Source of the DNA: an uncultured Verrucomicrobiae bacterium
GTDB lineage: Bacteria > Verrucomicrobiota > Verrucomicrobiia > Chthoniobacterales > UBA10450
Reading direction: 5' to 3'
NCBI GenBank assembly: GCA_963772365.1
Contig: CAVYXA010000001.1
Span: 160,001-224,000 of the forward strand
Length of the DNA: 64,000 nt
Each line of letters starts with the position of its first letter. The first letter of the stretch is position 1. The notes below the pieces were generated by a model. That model was given only the letters and a program-made list of their open reading frames with translations. It had not been told where the DNA came from and searched no databases. The position numbers and the translations under genes were made by a program. This document shows, in pieces, positions 42,039 through 52,227 of this stretch.

Positions 42039-42743
42039 ATGAACAAAAGAACGGCGGGGACATTAACGCTGATTGCTTCCTTTTGTTTCTGGTTGACCGG
42101 ATGTAACCCCACTCAGGAGTGCGGAACCTGGGTCTTCACTGGGACCCCGAGCGGAAACTCGTTCCCCTTGAATTCTGCCTTCACCTTCACTCCCGCCGAC
42201 TGCGGGAAAACCTGCCGGTGCAACACGGATGTCATGATTCAGATGACTTGGGTCTACGACGCAAACGAGAACAAAAATGTGTACGCCTCCGACCAGCCAC
42301 AAGGGGCCCGTTCCGATGTCAACGGCTGGAGCATCGACCGCGTCCCTGGCGCCGCCCACGGCTATTACGGTTTACAGAACGACGGCACGTTCTCCTCCGG
42401 CTGGAACACCACTGGCTCGAACGGGACTGCGAACACGCTCTACGACGAGCCCGGTGGCTGGGGCGCCAACACCTACTTCTATGCGGTGGATGTAGCCGTC
42501 TGCTACAAGTCTGACACCTGCGACAACCGTATCCTCGGGTACTACTTCTGGAGCTACATCCTTGACAACAACGACGTCGGGCAGAAGTTCATCACGGCCC
42601 CCGCGTGGAAAGACTTCGACACGGAATTTCAGAAGGCGTTGGCCGCCTGGAACGCCTGGGCACCGAGCTCTGGGTCGGAGACCGATGGCACCGACGGTAC
42701 CATTTCCCACGCCATCGCATTCCCAGCCTTGTCGGACCTATGA
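42039..42743 (+). CDS. Cys-rich lipoprotein of unknown function
   Basis: GAGGAGG RBS; lipobox LTG-C; six further cysteines in the mature part. Confidence 0.85.
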   Translation: MNKRTAGTLTLIASFCFWLTGCNPTQECGTWVFTGTPSGNSFPLNSAFTFTPADCGKTCRCNTDVMIQMTWVYDANENKNVYASDQPQGARSDVNGWSIDRVPGAAHGYYGLQNDGTFSSGWNTTGSNGTANTLYDEPGGWGANTYFYAVDVAVCYKSDTCDNRILGYYFWSYILDNNDVGQKFITAPAWKDFDTEFQKALAAWNAWAPSSGSETDGTDGTISHAIAFPALSDL

Positions 42744-42771
42744 ACCCGCAAGTATTTTGGAGGCAACGACT

Positions 42772-43489
42772 GTGAAAAAGTTTGCGACCACTGCCGCATG
42801 CGTTCTGCTTTGCCTCTGTATCGCTGGATGCTACAGCAGAGAAAAGGGAAACGAACCCCTGACGCAGGAGCAGAATCGCGCCAAGACCCAGTTGGAATCG
42901 CAGATGAAGGCGGTGGCTGAGACTAAGCGGACCTACCAAGCGATGGACAACGCTACGCTTCTGCAGAAGCTCATGGAGCAAAGCAAGTCGCAACAGGAGC
43001 CATTCAATTCCCTGGCTTACCGGGAATTGAAGACGAGAACGGATGTTGACTCCAAGTCTCTCGTGGCCTTGGTAAAAGAGAACGACAATGCCACAGGACT
43101 TCTCCCTTTGCTCCTGCTGAAGAAGCTGGACAACAAGTCGTATCTGGAAGTGCCCGCAGAAAATCGGGCGAAGATACTTACCGCCGCCTTGCAGGGGTCA
43201 AAGTACCTTCAATACCTGGGGATTGCCTCCCTTCTACCTTGAGGATGCATCGCACACCCTGATCGAAGCCGGCATGAGCGCCGTCCCCGCCCTTAAGCGA
43301 ATGCTATCCGATACCCGCCCCGCTCCCGTCTTTGGCAGTCAGGAGTACATGGTCTACAAACGCTATAACTATCGACTCTGCGACTACGCATTGTTCTTTT
43401 TGGAGAGGATTCAAGGTAACGCGGAATTCCAGTTGCCGAAGTCCACAGAGGAGAGGGACGCAGAGATCAAAAAGATGACTGCTGCGTAG
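42772..43489 (+). CDS. Helical lipoprotein of unknown function, one frameshift near 43207
   Basis: GGAGG RBS and GTG start; lipobox IAG-C. Removing one C joins KY to FNTWGLPPFYLED...RLCDYALFFLERI. Confidence 0.8.
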
Positions 43490-43552
43490 AGCTTGGGGGC
43501 GAAGGAAGGGGTCGTTCGCACAGTTTTCTCTGTTGCTTGTAACGGCGAAGTG

Positions 43553-44343
43553 TTACTCGCGGTTGAAGACGTCAACTTCCTGCTTGCTCTCTTCCGGAAA
43601 GGTAATGGTCTCGGTCAACGTTTTCCCGTCCAATGAGACCTCCCATGCATCAGTCTCAGTGACTTTGCCTTTCAGTTTGTAGGTAAGCTCCATCTTGTTA
43701 TCGCCTGTCTTTTTGGCCGAGACCGTCGTGCCATGGGCAACGTTCGGGCCTTTTGGTGCATAGGCTTTCCCATCGGTTTTGAAGTTTGTTTCTTCCTTAT
43801 ACTCGGGGTTCTTCATTGAGTAGCCATCCGTTCCCGAGTTTTCGATTTCCATCGTGCCGGGCGATCCGATCTTGATCTCTGTGCTTTCCCAAGTGCCGAC
43901 CAATCCAGTGGTGCCGCCAGCGGTCCTCTTGAGTGTGATTACATCGTGAGAAGTAGAACCATCCGGTTTCGTCTCGGTCGTGTCGTAGGTGGAAGTAGCG
44001 CCATCCTGTGCCACAGTCCAAGTGGCGTCGGAGGCAGTCTTACCGTGGATTTTACGGATCCACTTAAAGGTGTTCGCGTTCTTTTTGGTGACCTCCCAGA
44101 TATTGCCAAACCTTGTCGTGTGCGGCTTGCCGTCGAGTGAGACGGTCTCAGCAGTGTCGCCGAACTTGAAGATCATTTTATTCTTGCCGGCATCTTCGAC
44201 CTTATAGCTAAGGCCGCTAAGCTGCCCTTCTCCGGGTTGAACTTCCATTTACCGGCGAAGGAATCGTCCGCGGCAAGTGACAGCGGCGCAGCGCCGAGGA
44301 AAAGGACCGCGATGGCGATAAGTGAGGTAGTGTTTGGTTTCAT
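43553..44343 (-). CDS. Secreted protein with two tandem lipocalin-like beta-barrel repeats, one frameshift near 44225
   Basis: Signal peptide MKPNTTSLIAIAVLFLGAAPLSLA; repeats FAGKWK / LVGTWE, DGK, and WTVAQDG / WEVSLDG. Confidence 0.75.
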
Positions 44344-44594
44344 ACAGTGGGTTTTCTTGGTTTATGGGATTAGCGGAAGCGCATGCCGAACCCAGACTCC
44401 CTTCGAGCGCGCCACGTCGAAGCTAACGCTCTTCGACACGCGTGTTTTGCCGGTCAGACTGAGTGTCCCTCCTTTGGCGGTCAAGAGAATTTAAGAAACC
44501 AGGAGCGAGCTGGGGAAATTCCGAGCTGACGTGGCGTTCCGACCGCGAATGGACGTGATGGAGAGAGAGCTGACGCGGCCGCCTTCGCGCGCGG

Positions 44595-46136
44595 CTACGG
44601 CGAGCCGAGGAGATCGGAAGGTTTATCGCCGCGCTCGAGGGCGAGCTCGGCTTTGAGATTTTGTAAGTTCCGACCGACGCTGGCTACGGCGGTGATTTTG
44701 TTATCATCACGAAAAATCACGGAGCTACCTTTCGATTTCAAGTCGCCGGAGAAAGTTGTGCGCTGATCGCCGCGGCCGTGACCGACGTAGTGGATATGGA
44801 GATCGAAGTGATTGCTCCAGAAAAAGGGCGGGACGGTGAATGGCTCGTGTGCGCCGAGAATGTTCCGCGCTGCGGTCTGGCCCTGGCGCTGCGCTACCAC
44901 CCAGTGTTCGACGCGGATTCGTCCCGCCCGCGGGTCTGGCCAGCGGGCGATGTCGCCGGCGGCGAAAATTCCGGGGACATTGGTTTCCAGAAACTCGTTA
45001 ACTAAAACGCCGTTGTCGGTGGTGATTCCCGCGCTTTCAGCGAGCGCGGTGTTTGGGCGTACGCCGATCCCGACCACGACCAGATCGCAATCCAGTTTCG
45101 TTCCGTCATCGAGCTGGACACATCGATCTCGAATTTCTGCCGGCGTACGACCGAGGTGAAGTTTCACCCCGTTCGCCGCGTGGGTTTCACGAACCAGATT
45201 GCCCAGGTCTGGACCGAGAACTTTTTCAAGAGGCAATGAACTCTTGCCCACCACGGCTACTTCAAGTTTGCGCTCGCGCAGTGACCAGGCCACTTCCAGC
45301 CCGATGAAGCTGGCCCCGATGATCACGGCCCGCTTCGCGGTTTTCGCTTTCTCGATGATTCGGCGGCTATCCGCGAGCGTGCGCAAATAACAGACATGCG
45401 GCAAATCGGCGCCCGGAATTTCGAGACGAACAGGAGTAGAACCGGTGGCGAGCAGGAGCGCGGCGTATCCTAACGATCGGCCATCGCCCAGCGTGATCTG
45501 TTTCTCTTGCGGATCAATCCGCGTGACGGACGTTCCTGTTACAACCTCGATCTTCTGTTCGCGGTAGAAATCTGCCGGGCGCAACGGAATCCATTCCTCC
45601 GGCGCGTTGCCCGCGAGATAATCTTTCGAGAGATTCGGACGATCATACGGCAATGATTCATCCGCGCCGATCATTGTCACAGGTCCGTTGTAACCTTCGC
45701 GTCGTAACATTTCCGCCGCGGCGTTGCCGGCCGCGCCTGTTCCGATAATAACCACCTCCGCGGGCGACGATTTCGGTTTTCGCTGCGGTTTTCTTTCGAT
45801 CTTGCCGGTAACGAAAAACTGCTCGCCGCGTTTGTCGATCCTATAGCAGGCCACATCGTTTAATGCCGGCGCGGCAATCGCTTCTCCGGTTCGCAGGTCG
45901 AAATGGGCGTGGTGCCAGGGGCAACGCACTGTGCAATCAACCATGAGACCCTTTGCCAATGGTCCACCGTAGTGGGTGCATGTTGCTCCGATGGCGAAAA
46001 GTTCGTTCCCGCGCCTTGCCACAAGAACCGGCTCGCCAAACGCATGGCCCAGCAGCATCTCGCCATCTTTCACGTTATCGATGGCGCAGCCTTTTTCGAA
46101 ATCGGGACCTTCGAGCTCAGTTTTTTCCTCGGCCAT
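44595..46136 (-). CDS. Rieske [2Fe-2S] plus FAD-dependent pyridine nucleotide oxidoreductase fusion
   Basis: CTHYGGPL...CPWH (Rieske); GTGAAG, YDRPNLSK, GASFIG, AAGDIA and PFFWS motifs. Confidence 0.93.
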   Translation of the reverse strand: MAEEKTELEGPDFEKGCAIDNVKDGEMLLGHAFGEPVLVARRGNELFAIGATCTHYGGPLAKGLMVDCTVRCPWHHAHFDLRTGEAIAAPALNDVACYRIDKRGEQFFVTGKIERKPQRKPKSSPAEVVIIGTGAAGNAAAEMLRREGYNGPVTMIGADESLPYDRPNLSKDYLAGNAPEEWIPLRPADFYREQKIEVVTGTSVTRIDPQEKQITLGDGRSLGYAALLLATGSTPVRLEIPGADLPHVCYLRTLADSRRIIEKAKTAKRAVIIGASFIGLEVAWSLRERKLEVAVVGKSSLPLEKVLGPDLGNLVRETHAANGVKLHLGRTPAEIRDRCVQLDDGTKLDCDLVVVGIGVRPNTALAESAGITTDNGVLVNEFLETNVPGIFAAGDIARWPDPRAGRIRVEHWVVAQRQGQTAARNILGAHEPFTVPPFFWSNHFDLHIHYVGHGRGDQRTTFSGDLKSKGSSVIFRDDNKITAVASVGRNLQNLKAELALERGDKPSDLLGSP

Positions 46137-46448
46137 GAGCGTTTCTCTGTTGCAGCGTTACATTTGTGATTCGCATTGCGATAAACATTCGGACCTTACG
46201 TCAGCCTCTACACACGCCGGCGATTTATTGAGAAATCAGCAGCAATAGATCAAAATTTTCGGACGTTCGGGGGTCGATGAAAACGGGGTCGTTTCTAAAT
46301 ATTCAAGATTTGGCAGGGCGAATTTGATCCGCTTACGCGCAAGGCTACTCCGAACAACTTCGCGCGAGCGGGCGATGCAGCCGACGACATCTGGGAAAGG
46401 ATGAAGGATAAAGAAAGATTTAAGAAGGATCATGGTTAAGGTGGGTCG

Positions 46449-46937
46449 ATGCAAAAGATTTCACCATTCTTATGGTTTGATGATCACGCGGAGGAAGCCG
46501 CGAAGTTTTACGTCTCTGTTTTCAAGAACTCGAGGATCGACAAGGTCACCCATTACCCGGAGGCAGTGGCGAGCGGGATCGGACGGGCACCGGGCTCGGT
46601 GATGACGGTCGAGTTTACTCTCGATGGCGCCGAGTTCGTGGCGCTCAATGCCGGTCCGCAATTCAAGTTTAACGAAGCGGTGTCGTTCGCCGTCACCTGC
46701 GATACTCAGGAGGAGCTAGATTATTATTGGGAAACGCTGACCGCCAATGGAGGCGAGCCCGGCAACTGTGGCTGGTTGAAAGACGGGTATGGTTTGTCGT
46801 GGCAAGTGCAGCCGCGGTTTCTGATTGATTCGCTGGCCGATCCCGACAAGGCGAAAGCCGAACGCGTCATGAGCGCGATGATGGAAATGAACAAGATCGA
46901 CATCGCGGCGCTGAAGAAAGCCGCCGCCGGATCATGA
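46449..46937 (+). CDS. VOC family PhnB-like protein
   Basis: [18 protein letters not shown] and [14 protein letters not shown] motifs. Confidence 0.92.
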   Translation: MQKISPFLWFDDHAEEAAKFYVSVFKNSRIDKVTHYPEAVASGIGRAPGSVMTVEFTLDGAEFVALNAGPQFKFNEAVSFAVTCDTQEELDYYWETLTANGGEPGNCGWLKDGYGLSWQVQPRFLIDSLADPDKAKAERVMSAMMEMNKIDIAALKKAAAGS

Positions 46938-47010
46938 GCTGTGAGGGGTCGCTCTAATGGGGTTGAGCTTTTGCGCTGGAACATCCGCGATTGCCTGATC
47001 GCGCGCTTTC

Positions 47011-47274
47011 TTAGATTCGCTTGTAGATGTCTCGCCTGTTCCCAACGTAGTGCAGATAGATTCGGCCCTGCCTCAGATCGAATTCGTAAATCACCCGATA
47101 ATCACCGACACGAAGTTTGAACTCCGGGCGCCCTTGCAACCGCTTGTGCCGAAAACTTTCCAGCCGCGCGCCCATTTCGTCCACCCTGCGCTGAACAGCT
47201 TCGCGAACAGAATCGGGAAGTGAGTCAAATGCTTTGGAGAAAGTCGGCGACCAAATCTGAAGGGCCGCGGCCAC
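47011..47274 (-). CDS. RelE/ParE family type II toxin
   Basis: FKLRVGDYRVIYE...VGNRRDIY motif. Confidence 0.9.
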   Translation of the reverse strand: MAAALQIWSPTFSKAFDSLPDSVREAVQRRVDEMGARLESFRHKRLQGRPEFKLRVGDYRVIYEFDLRQGRIYLHYVGNRRDIYKRI

Positions 47275-47277
47275 GAT

Positions 47278-47466
47278 CTACTTCGGCTGGCGGGTTGTGT
47301 ACTGGCCCGCGGCGATCTCGCCCCGGGATTGATCAAGCTTCGTTTTCACGTCGTCGGTCAATTCCAACTGATCTTCGAGATAATCCTCGATCCACTCGCG
47401 TATCTGCTCGATTTCCGCGCGCGACAAGTTCGGAATCGCCTCTTGGATTTCCTTAACCGTGCTCAC
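47278..47466 (-). CDS. Cognate antitoxin (small acidic protein)
   Basis: GTG start STVKEIQEAIPNLS...EIAAG, ending 3 nt before the toxin start. Confidence 0.75.
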   Translation of the reverse strand: MSTVKEIQEAIPNLSRAEIEQIREWIEDYLEDQLELTDDVKTKLDQSRGEIAAGQYTTRQPK

Positions 47467-47659
47467 GGCAAGGATGCTAACCCAAAGATTCGCCGATGAA
47501 AAGAGCGAGTCTGAAGCGTCCCCTATGGCTGGGTTTGTGATTTCTCCGAAATCCAAAAAACTCAGCCTTCTCCCATGAACCAGCGAGGTGGACGCAGGCC
47601 GTGTAAATCGCTTCGCTCCACGCGGCTTGTCTCAATACGCGGATAACACGCAGCAATTC

Positions 47660-48901
47660 TTAGCTCTTTTTTTCCCATAACTCAGCGAGGTGGGTGCAGG
47701 CTGTTACGGCTGACTCCATATCCTGCACTGCAACCCATTCGAGCGGGCCGTGCGCGTTGTGCTCGCCGCAAAACAGGTTGGGGGTTGGCAGGCCCAGCTC
47801 AGTGAGGCGCGAGCCATCGGTGCCGCCACGGACGACGTGGTCGTAGGGTTTGAGTCCGGCGGCCGAGAAGGCCTCGCGCGCCAGTTCGACCGGGCGCATG
47901 TCCTTGCGTAACCAGTAAGCCATGTTGCGATATTGTTTGCGGATCTTGCAGCGGACGCGCGCTCGCGGTTCGGTGGCTTGTAACCCTCGGCAAAGGCCCT
48001 GCAAAATTTTGCCCTTCTCGGCCAGGCCGTTCAGCTCGAAATCGCGCAGGAGAAATTTTACGACTGCTCGCTCGGTCCGACCCTCGACATGGATCGGATG
48101 GATGAAGCCTTCTCTCCCATCGGTTGTTTCCGGCGCGCAACGTTCGCGCGGCAGCGCGGCAAGAAGTTTGCCCGCCAAATACGCGGCGTTCACCATTCCT
48201 TTGGCCTTCGCTTCCATGGTATGCGTGGTGACCCCATCGATGATGACCTCAGCCGCGTTAGCCGAAAAAGTTTCCCAGCAAATCTCCCCCGGCGCGCCGC
48301 CGTCCAGGGTGTATGCGACGTCGGCTCCGAACATTTGCAGATCGAGTTTGTCCACGCCATGGCCGATCTCTTCATCGGGAGTGAAGCAAACTCGAATCAG
48401 TCCGTGCTTGCGTTTCGTCTCCCGCAGCAATCGCTCGACCAAAGTCATGATCACCGCGACGCCCGATTTGTCGTCGGAGCCTAACAAGGTGGTGCCGCTG
48501 GCGGTTACGATGTCTTTGCCAACGGCCGCTTTAAGCTCCGGCGAGGTTGCGGGATCGAGAGTCAGGCCCGGTTTATCAGGGAATTTGATGATTCTGCCGT
48601 CGTACTTGCGATGAACGATCGGTTTCACGTTTTTGCCGGAGCAGTCCGGTGCCGTGTCAACATGAGCGACAAAGGCCACGGTCGGCACGCGCGGTTTGCG
48701 CGTGTTCGCGGGTATGCTGGCCAAGACGTAACCGTGCCGGGTCATTTGCACGTCCGCCGCGCCGAGCTCAGTCAGCTCCTGCTTGAGCATTTCCAGCAGC
48801 ACCAATTGACCGGGCGTGCTCGGAAACGTTTTACTGGTTTCGTCCGACTGCGTATCGATCTGGACGTAGCGCAGAAAGCGCGAGAGGAGATTGTCGGTCA
48901 T
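47660..48901 (-). CDS. pepT: Peptidase T (M20 family)
   Basis: RFLRYVQIDTQS, AHVDT, GTTLLGSDDK, FTPDEEIG and RGGTDG motifs. Confidence 0.96.
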   Translation of the reverse strand: MTDNLLSRFLRYVQIDTQSDETSKTFPSTPGQLVLLEMLKQELTELGAADVQMTRHGYVLASIPANTRKPRVPTVAFVAHVDTAPDCSGKNVKPIVHRKYDGRIIKFPDKPGLTLDPATSPELKAAVGKDIVTASGTTLLGSDDKSGVAVIMTLVERLLRETKRKHGLIRVCFTPDEEIGHGVDKLDLQMFGADVAYTLDGGAPGEICWETFSANAAEVIIDGVTTHTMEAKAKGMVNAAYLAGKLLAALPRERCAPETTDGREGFIHPIHVEGRTERAVVKFLLRDFELNGLAEKGKILQGLCRGLQATEPRARVRCKIRKQYRNMAYWLRKDMRPVELAREAFSAAGLKPYDHVVRGGTDGSRLTELGLPTPNLFCGEHNAHGPLEWVAVQDMESAVTACTHLAELWEKKS

Positions 48902-48985
48902 GCTCGGACTCTGCATGTCGAAAGTTGAATTCTCAACTGTCTGCTCGACTCGAGGCGGTCGGGTTTGAAATTTCAGATTTCAGAT

Positions 48986-49582
48986 TTAAGCCGAAGTTCG
49001 GTCTGTCTCCTGCAAAACGCGCGCGATGCGGCGATCCGGGACGAGCCACATTAACGCGACGAAGACGTAAATGCATCCGGCGATCCAGGCGCGGAAAAAG
49101 GAAGCCCCAATCGCGATGGCATATAGCACCGGAGATAATTTCCCTTTCCAATCTTTTCCGATTGCCGCGGCCAGCCGCGACTCGCAGCCGCCTTGCGAGG
49201 CGATGATCACGGTTTGCAGAACGTAATAGGCAATGGCGGCGAGCAGCAGCACTGCGCCATACAGTGCCGATGGCAACGGCTTGAATTCGTTTTCGCCCAT
49301 CCAGCCGGTAACGAACGGAAACAGCGAGAGCCAAAAGAGCAGGTGCAGATTTGCCCATAAGACACCGCCGTTTACCCGAGGAGATGCTTTCAACAGATGA
49401 TGATGATTGCTCCAGTAAATGCCGAGATAGATGAAGCTTAACACGTAGCTTAAGAACACGGGTAAAAGCGGGCGGAGCACCGCCAAATCCGGCCCGTGCG
49501 GCACTTTCAGTTCCAACACCATGATGGTGATGATGATTGCGAAAACTCCGTCGCTGAAGGCTTCGACCCGGTTGGTTTCCAT
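48986..49582 (-). CDS. TMEM175 family potassium channel
   Basis: RVEAFSDGVFAIIITIMVL and YWSNHHH motifs. Confidence 0.93.
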   Translation of the reverse strand: METNRVEAFSDGVFAIIITIMVLELKVPHGPDLAVLRPLLPVFLSYVLSFIYLGIYWSNHHHLLKASPRVNGGVLWANLHLLFWLSLFPFVTGWMGENEFKPLPSALYGAVLLLAAIAYYVLQTVIIASQGGCESRLAAAIGKDWKGKLSPVLYAIAIGASFFRAWIAGCIYVFVALMWLVPDRRIARVLQETDRTSA

Positions 49583-49739
49583 ATCGGCGATTGTTTGGCG
49601 AAAACTAAGCCGCAAGAGTTTCGGCGATCGTTAAGCGCTCGCAAATGTTTCCGCGCATGAGCCGTCGCTAGGATCGACAGTATCGGAGCCGCTCTGCAAG
49701 CAATGCTGCCTAGGCGTTCTGCGGAACTCTGTTTAGGAG

Positions 49740-49960
49740 ATTGGTCAGCCTTCGGAAATCGACCGGTTTCGTTAGATGATGATCGAATCCGGCCTCGTGA
49801 CTACGGCGAACATCTTCCCTGCGCCAAACCCGGTTAACGCGATCGCCTTTATCGGATAATGCTTCTTTGCAAAAGTGATCAGCTCGCACCCACTGCGATC
49901 AGGCAGGCCGATATCACTAAGGACAACGTCAAACTTTCTGACGATGCTAAGCCTTGAGTT
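49740..49960 (-). pseudogene. Response regulator receiver-domain remnant
   Basis: [15 protein letters not shown]...ALTGFG, then in a shifted frame [13 protein letters not shown]; the N-terminal strands are missing. Confidence 0.75.
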
Positions 49961-50171
49961 ACGCACGCCCCTGGCACTACTCCATCGACAACGTGAAATC
50001 CAAATACAGAGCGGTGGCGGGTGTGTTGAAATATTTCGCATCAGGTGTCGGTGAAGGAGTCCTCGTGCTCACGTGAGACACTTAGATGCTCAGGTCGGAT
50101 CAGACAAATATTTCAACGGCCCAGAGGTGAGAAGACAGCCGGAGAGTCAGGACGGAGATTGTCATTCGCCG

Positions 50172-50669
50172 CTAAGGAGGCGGTTTCTGGTCAGCTTTGT
50201 AAGCAAGAGCGGCGGCGGCAGCTCCTAAAACGATGCCGCCTAAAATGGCTATCACGGCTCGAATGCCCGATGTTAGACTGCCAGGCGCAACCGCGTCGAA
50301 TGCGGTCGCTTTCTGTAACATTGTCCACCCGACAAAAGCCAGCGGTGGAATCAGCATGCGGATCCAGTCCCAGCCATGCCATTTCGATTGGGGGAGGCGT
50401 CCCATCACATACAAAATGGCGCTGATTACGATCAGCCCATAAAAGGCCACCTTTAGCGCGCCCGGATCAGTTATTGTGACTGTTTGATTTCTGGTTTCGG
50501 TCGTGAACGTAAGGATCGCTCCATGGGCGGCGAGGACTTCAGCCGGGACAAGAGCGGCCAGAGCATCGGCATAGGTTTTTACCCCGGGCGAGCCACCTTG
50601 CTCTTTACTGGTGCCAGGCGGAGCCGCAGTCCGAAGACGAGTCATCGCGGCGTAAGCTAAAGTACTCAT
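50172..50669 (-). CDS. Hypothetical membrane protein, about 4 TM segments
   Basis: YADALAALVPAEV followed by hydrophobic helices. Confidence 0.75.
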   Translation of the reverse strand: MSTLAYAAMTRLRTAAPPGTSKEQGGSPGVKTYADALAALVPAEVLAAHGAILTFTTETRNQTVTITDPGALKVAFYGLIVISAILYVMGRLPQSKWHGWDWIRMLIPPLAFVGWTMLQKATAFDAVAPGSLTSGIRAVIAILGGIVLGAAAAALAYKADQKPPP

Positions 50670-50764
50670 CGGCTATGCGCGGTAGTAGGAGAGATCTGAA
50701 TAGATCACGGCTTTATTAGATTTCTTATTTATCTGTCAATGCTTAACGAGGCGAACCACGCGAA

Positions 50765-52195
50765 TCACTTCGCTCTCTCGTGTTCACCCGGAGCGAGGAG
50801 ATGGCCGAAGAAATAGCCGGCCAGAAGAAAGATTATGCCAGCCACTCCGGCAAAGCCCGCGTGCAACAACCAAAATTGTGCGGCCGGCATTTTTTCGAGA
50901 AACCCGCCAATCCAGCCGACGAGATTATTCGCGGCAAAAAACGCGAGATAATAAACGCCGATGATCGTGGCTGACAAAGCGGCCGGCGCCACCCGCGCAT
51001 AAAGCGCAAGCGAGACCGGGAAGATATTTGCAAAAGCGGCGCTGTTCAGAACATGAAACCCGAGGAGCCATCCGATCGAGACTTTGCCGCCGGTGCGAGC
51101 CGCAATTGCTGCGCCGCATACCAACGAAAGCATTCCGGTCACGGCGATGAAGCTGCCGATGGTGATCTTGGTAATCTCCGTCGGTTCCTTAAATTTCTTC
51201 GACCAGATGCGCCAAAACGCGACAGCAATAAAAAGAAAGCTGACCGAGACGATTGAATCGAGTGTGATCAACCACGTCGTCGGCATTTTCTTTCCAAAAA
51301 AGACGAGGTCAGCGCTGTTCTGCGCCCACACCAGGTAGGCGTTGAAGATTTGGTTGTTAGGTATAATCGAGATCGTCAGAACCGGCAGGAGGACAAGTAA
51401 CACGACGATCGCCATTTTCTCGCGACGTGTCAGTGGAGTTTTTTCGGGGACAGACTTGGCGCTGCCGGAGGAAGCGCTCCCGGCTACAGCGGGCGAATCA
51501 GGCGGCAGGTATTTGCGGCCAGTTAGATAGATCGTAAGCCCGATCAGCATTCCGACGCCGGCGGCACCGAAGCCCCAATGCCACCCGACTTTTTCGCCGA
51601 GCGTTCCGGCTATTAGCGGCGCGGCGATTACGCCGGCGTTAATAAAGATGTAGTAAATCTGGAACGCGTCGGCGCGGCGGTTGTCGCCTGTTTCATAAAG
51701 CGCGCCGACCTGACTGGCCAGGTTTCCTTTGAAACAACCGACGCCTGCCAGCAGACAACTCAAGGCGAGAAGAAAGGTAAAATCGAATGCCATCAAAAAA
51801 TGTCCGAGGGCCATGAGCGAGGCACCGATCGTTACAGTGACCGTGCGACCAAGCCAACGATCCGCAATCAAGCCGCCCGCGATCGGCGTGAGATAAACGA
51901 GGCCGGTATAAAGGCCAAAGACCGTGGAGGCGAGCGGTTGAATCCCGAGCGGGCCGAAGAAGAACTCGATGGTGTGCCGAAACGGTACGAACCCGGCGAT
52001 GTGCTCGATGTGACCGGTGTGCAATAGTCGATTGACCATGTAAAGAACGAGGAGGGATTGCATTCCGTAGTAGGAAAAACGTTCCCAGGCTTCGGTGAAT
52101 GCGAGATAGCCGAGCCCGCGCGGATGCCCGATGAAGCTGCGGTCTCCAGGATTATGCATCGCGTGGAGGGTGTTCTTTTCGTCGGGTTTTAGCAA
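50765..52195 (-). CDS. Proton-dependent oligopeptide (POT/PTR) MFS transporter
   Basis: GHPRGL, TEAWERFSYYG, GGLIADRWLG and FQIYYIFINAG motifs. Confidence 0.95.
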   Translation of the reverse strand: MLKPDEKNTLHAMHNPGDRSFIGHPRGLGYLAFTEAWERFSYYGMQSLLVLYMVNRLLHTGHIEHIAGFVPFRHTIEFFFGPLGIQPLASTVFGLYTGLVYLTPIAGGLIADRWLGRTVTVTIGASLMALGHFLMAFDFTFLLALSCLLAGVGCFKGNLASQVGALYETGDNRRADAFQIYYIFINAGVIAAPLIAGTLGEKVGWHWGFGAAGVGMLIGLTIYLTGRKYLPPDSPAVAGSASSGSAKSVPEKTPLTRREKMAIVVLLVLLPVLTISIIPNNQIFNAYLVWAQNSADLVFFGKKMPTTWLITLDSIVSVSFLFIAVAFWRIWSKKFKEPTEITKITIGSFIAVTGMLSLVCGAAIAARTGGKVSIGWLLGFHVLNSAAFANIFPVSLALYARVAPAALSATIIGVYYLAFFAANNLVGWIGGFLEKMPAAQFWLLHAGFAGVAGIIFLLAGYFFGHLLAPGEHERAK

Positions 52196-52227
52196 TCGTT
52201 CTCTTCAGCGGCTAAACGTTCGGCCAA

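Noticed and set aside
44595..46136. Rieske-reductase fusion as a novelty
   Set aside because: A widespread known architecture.
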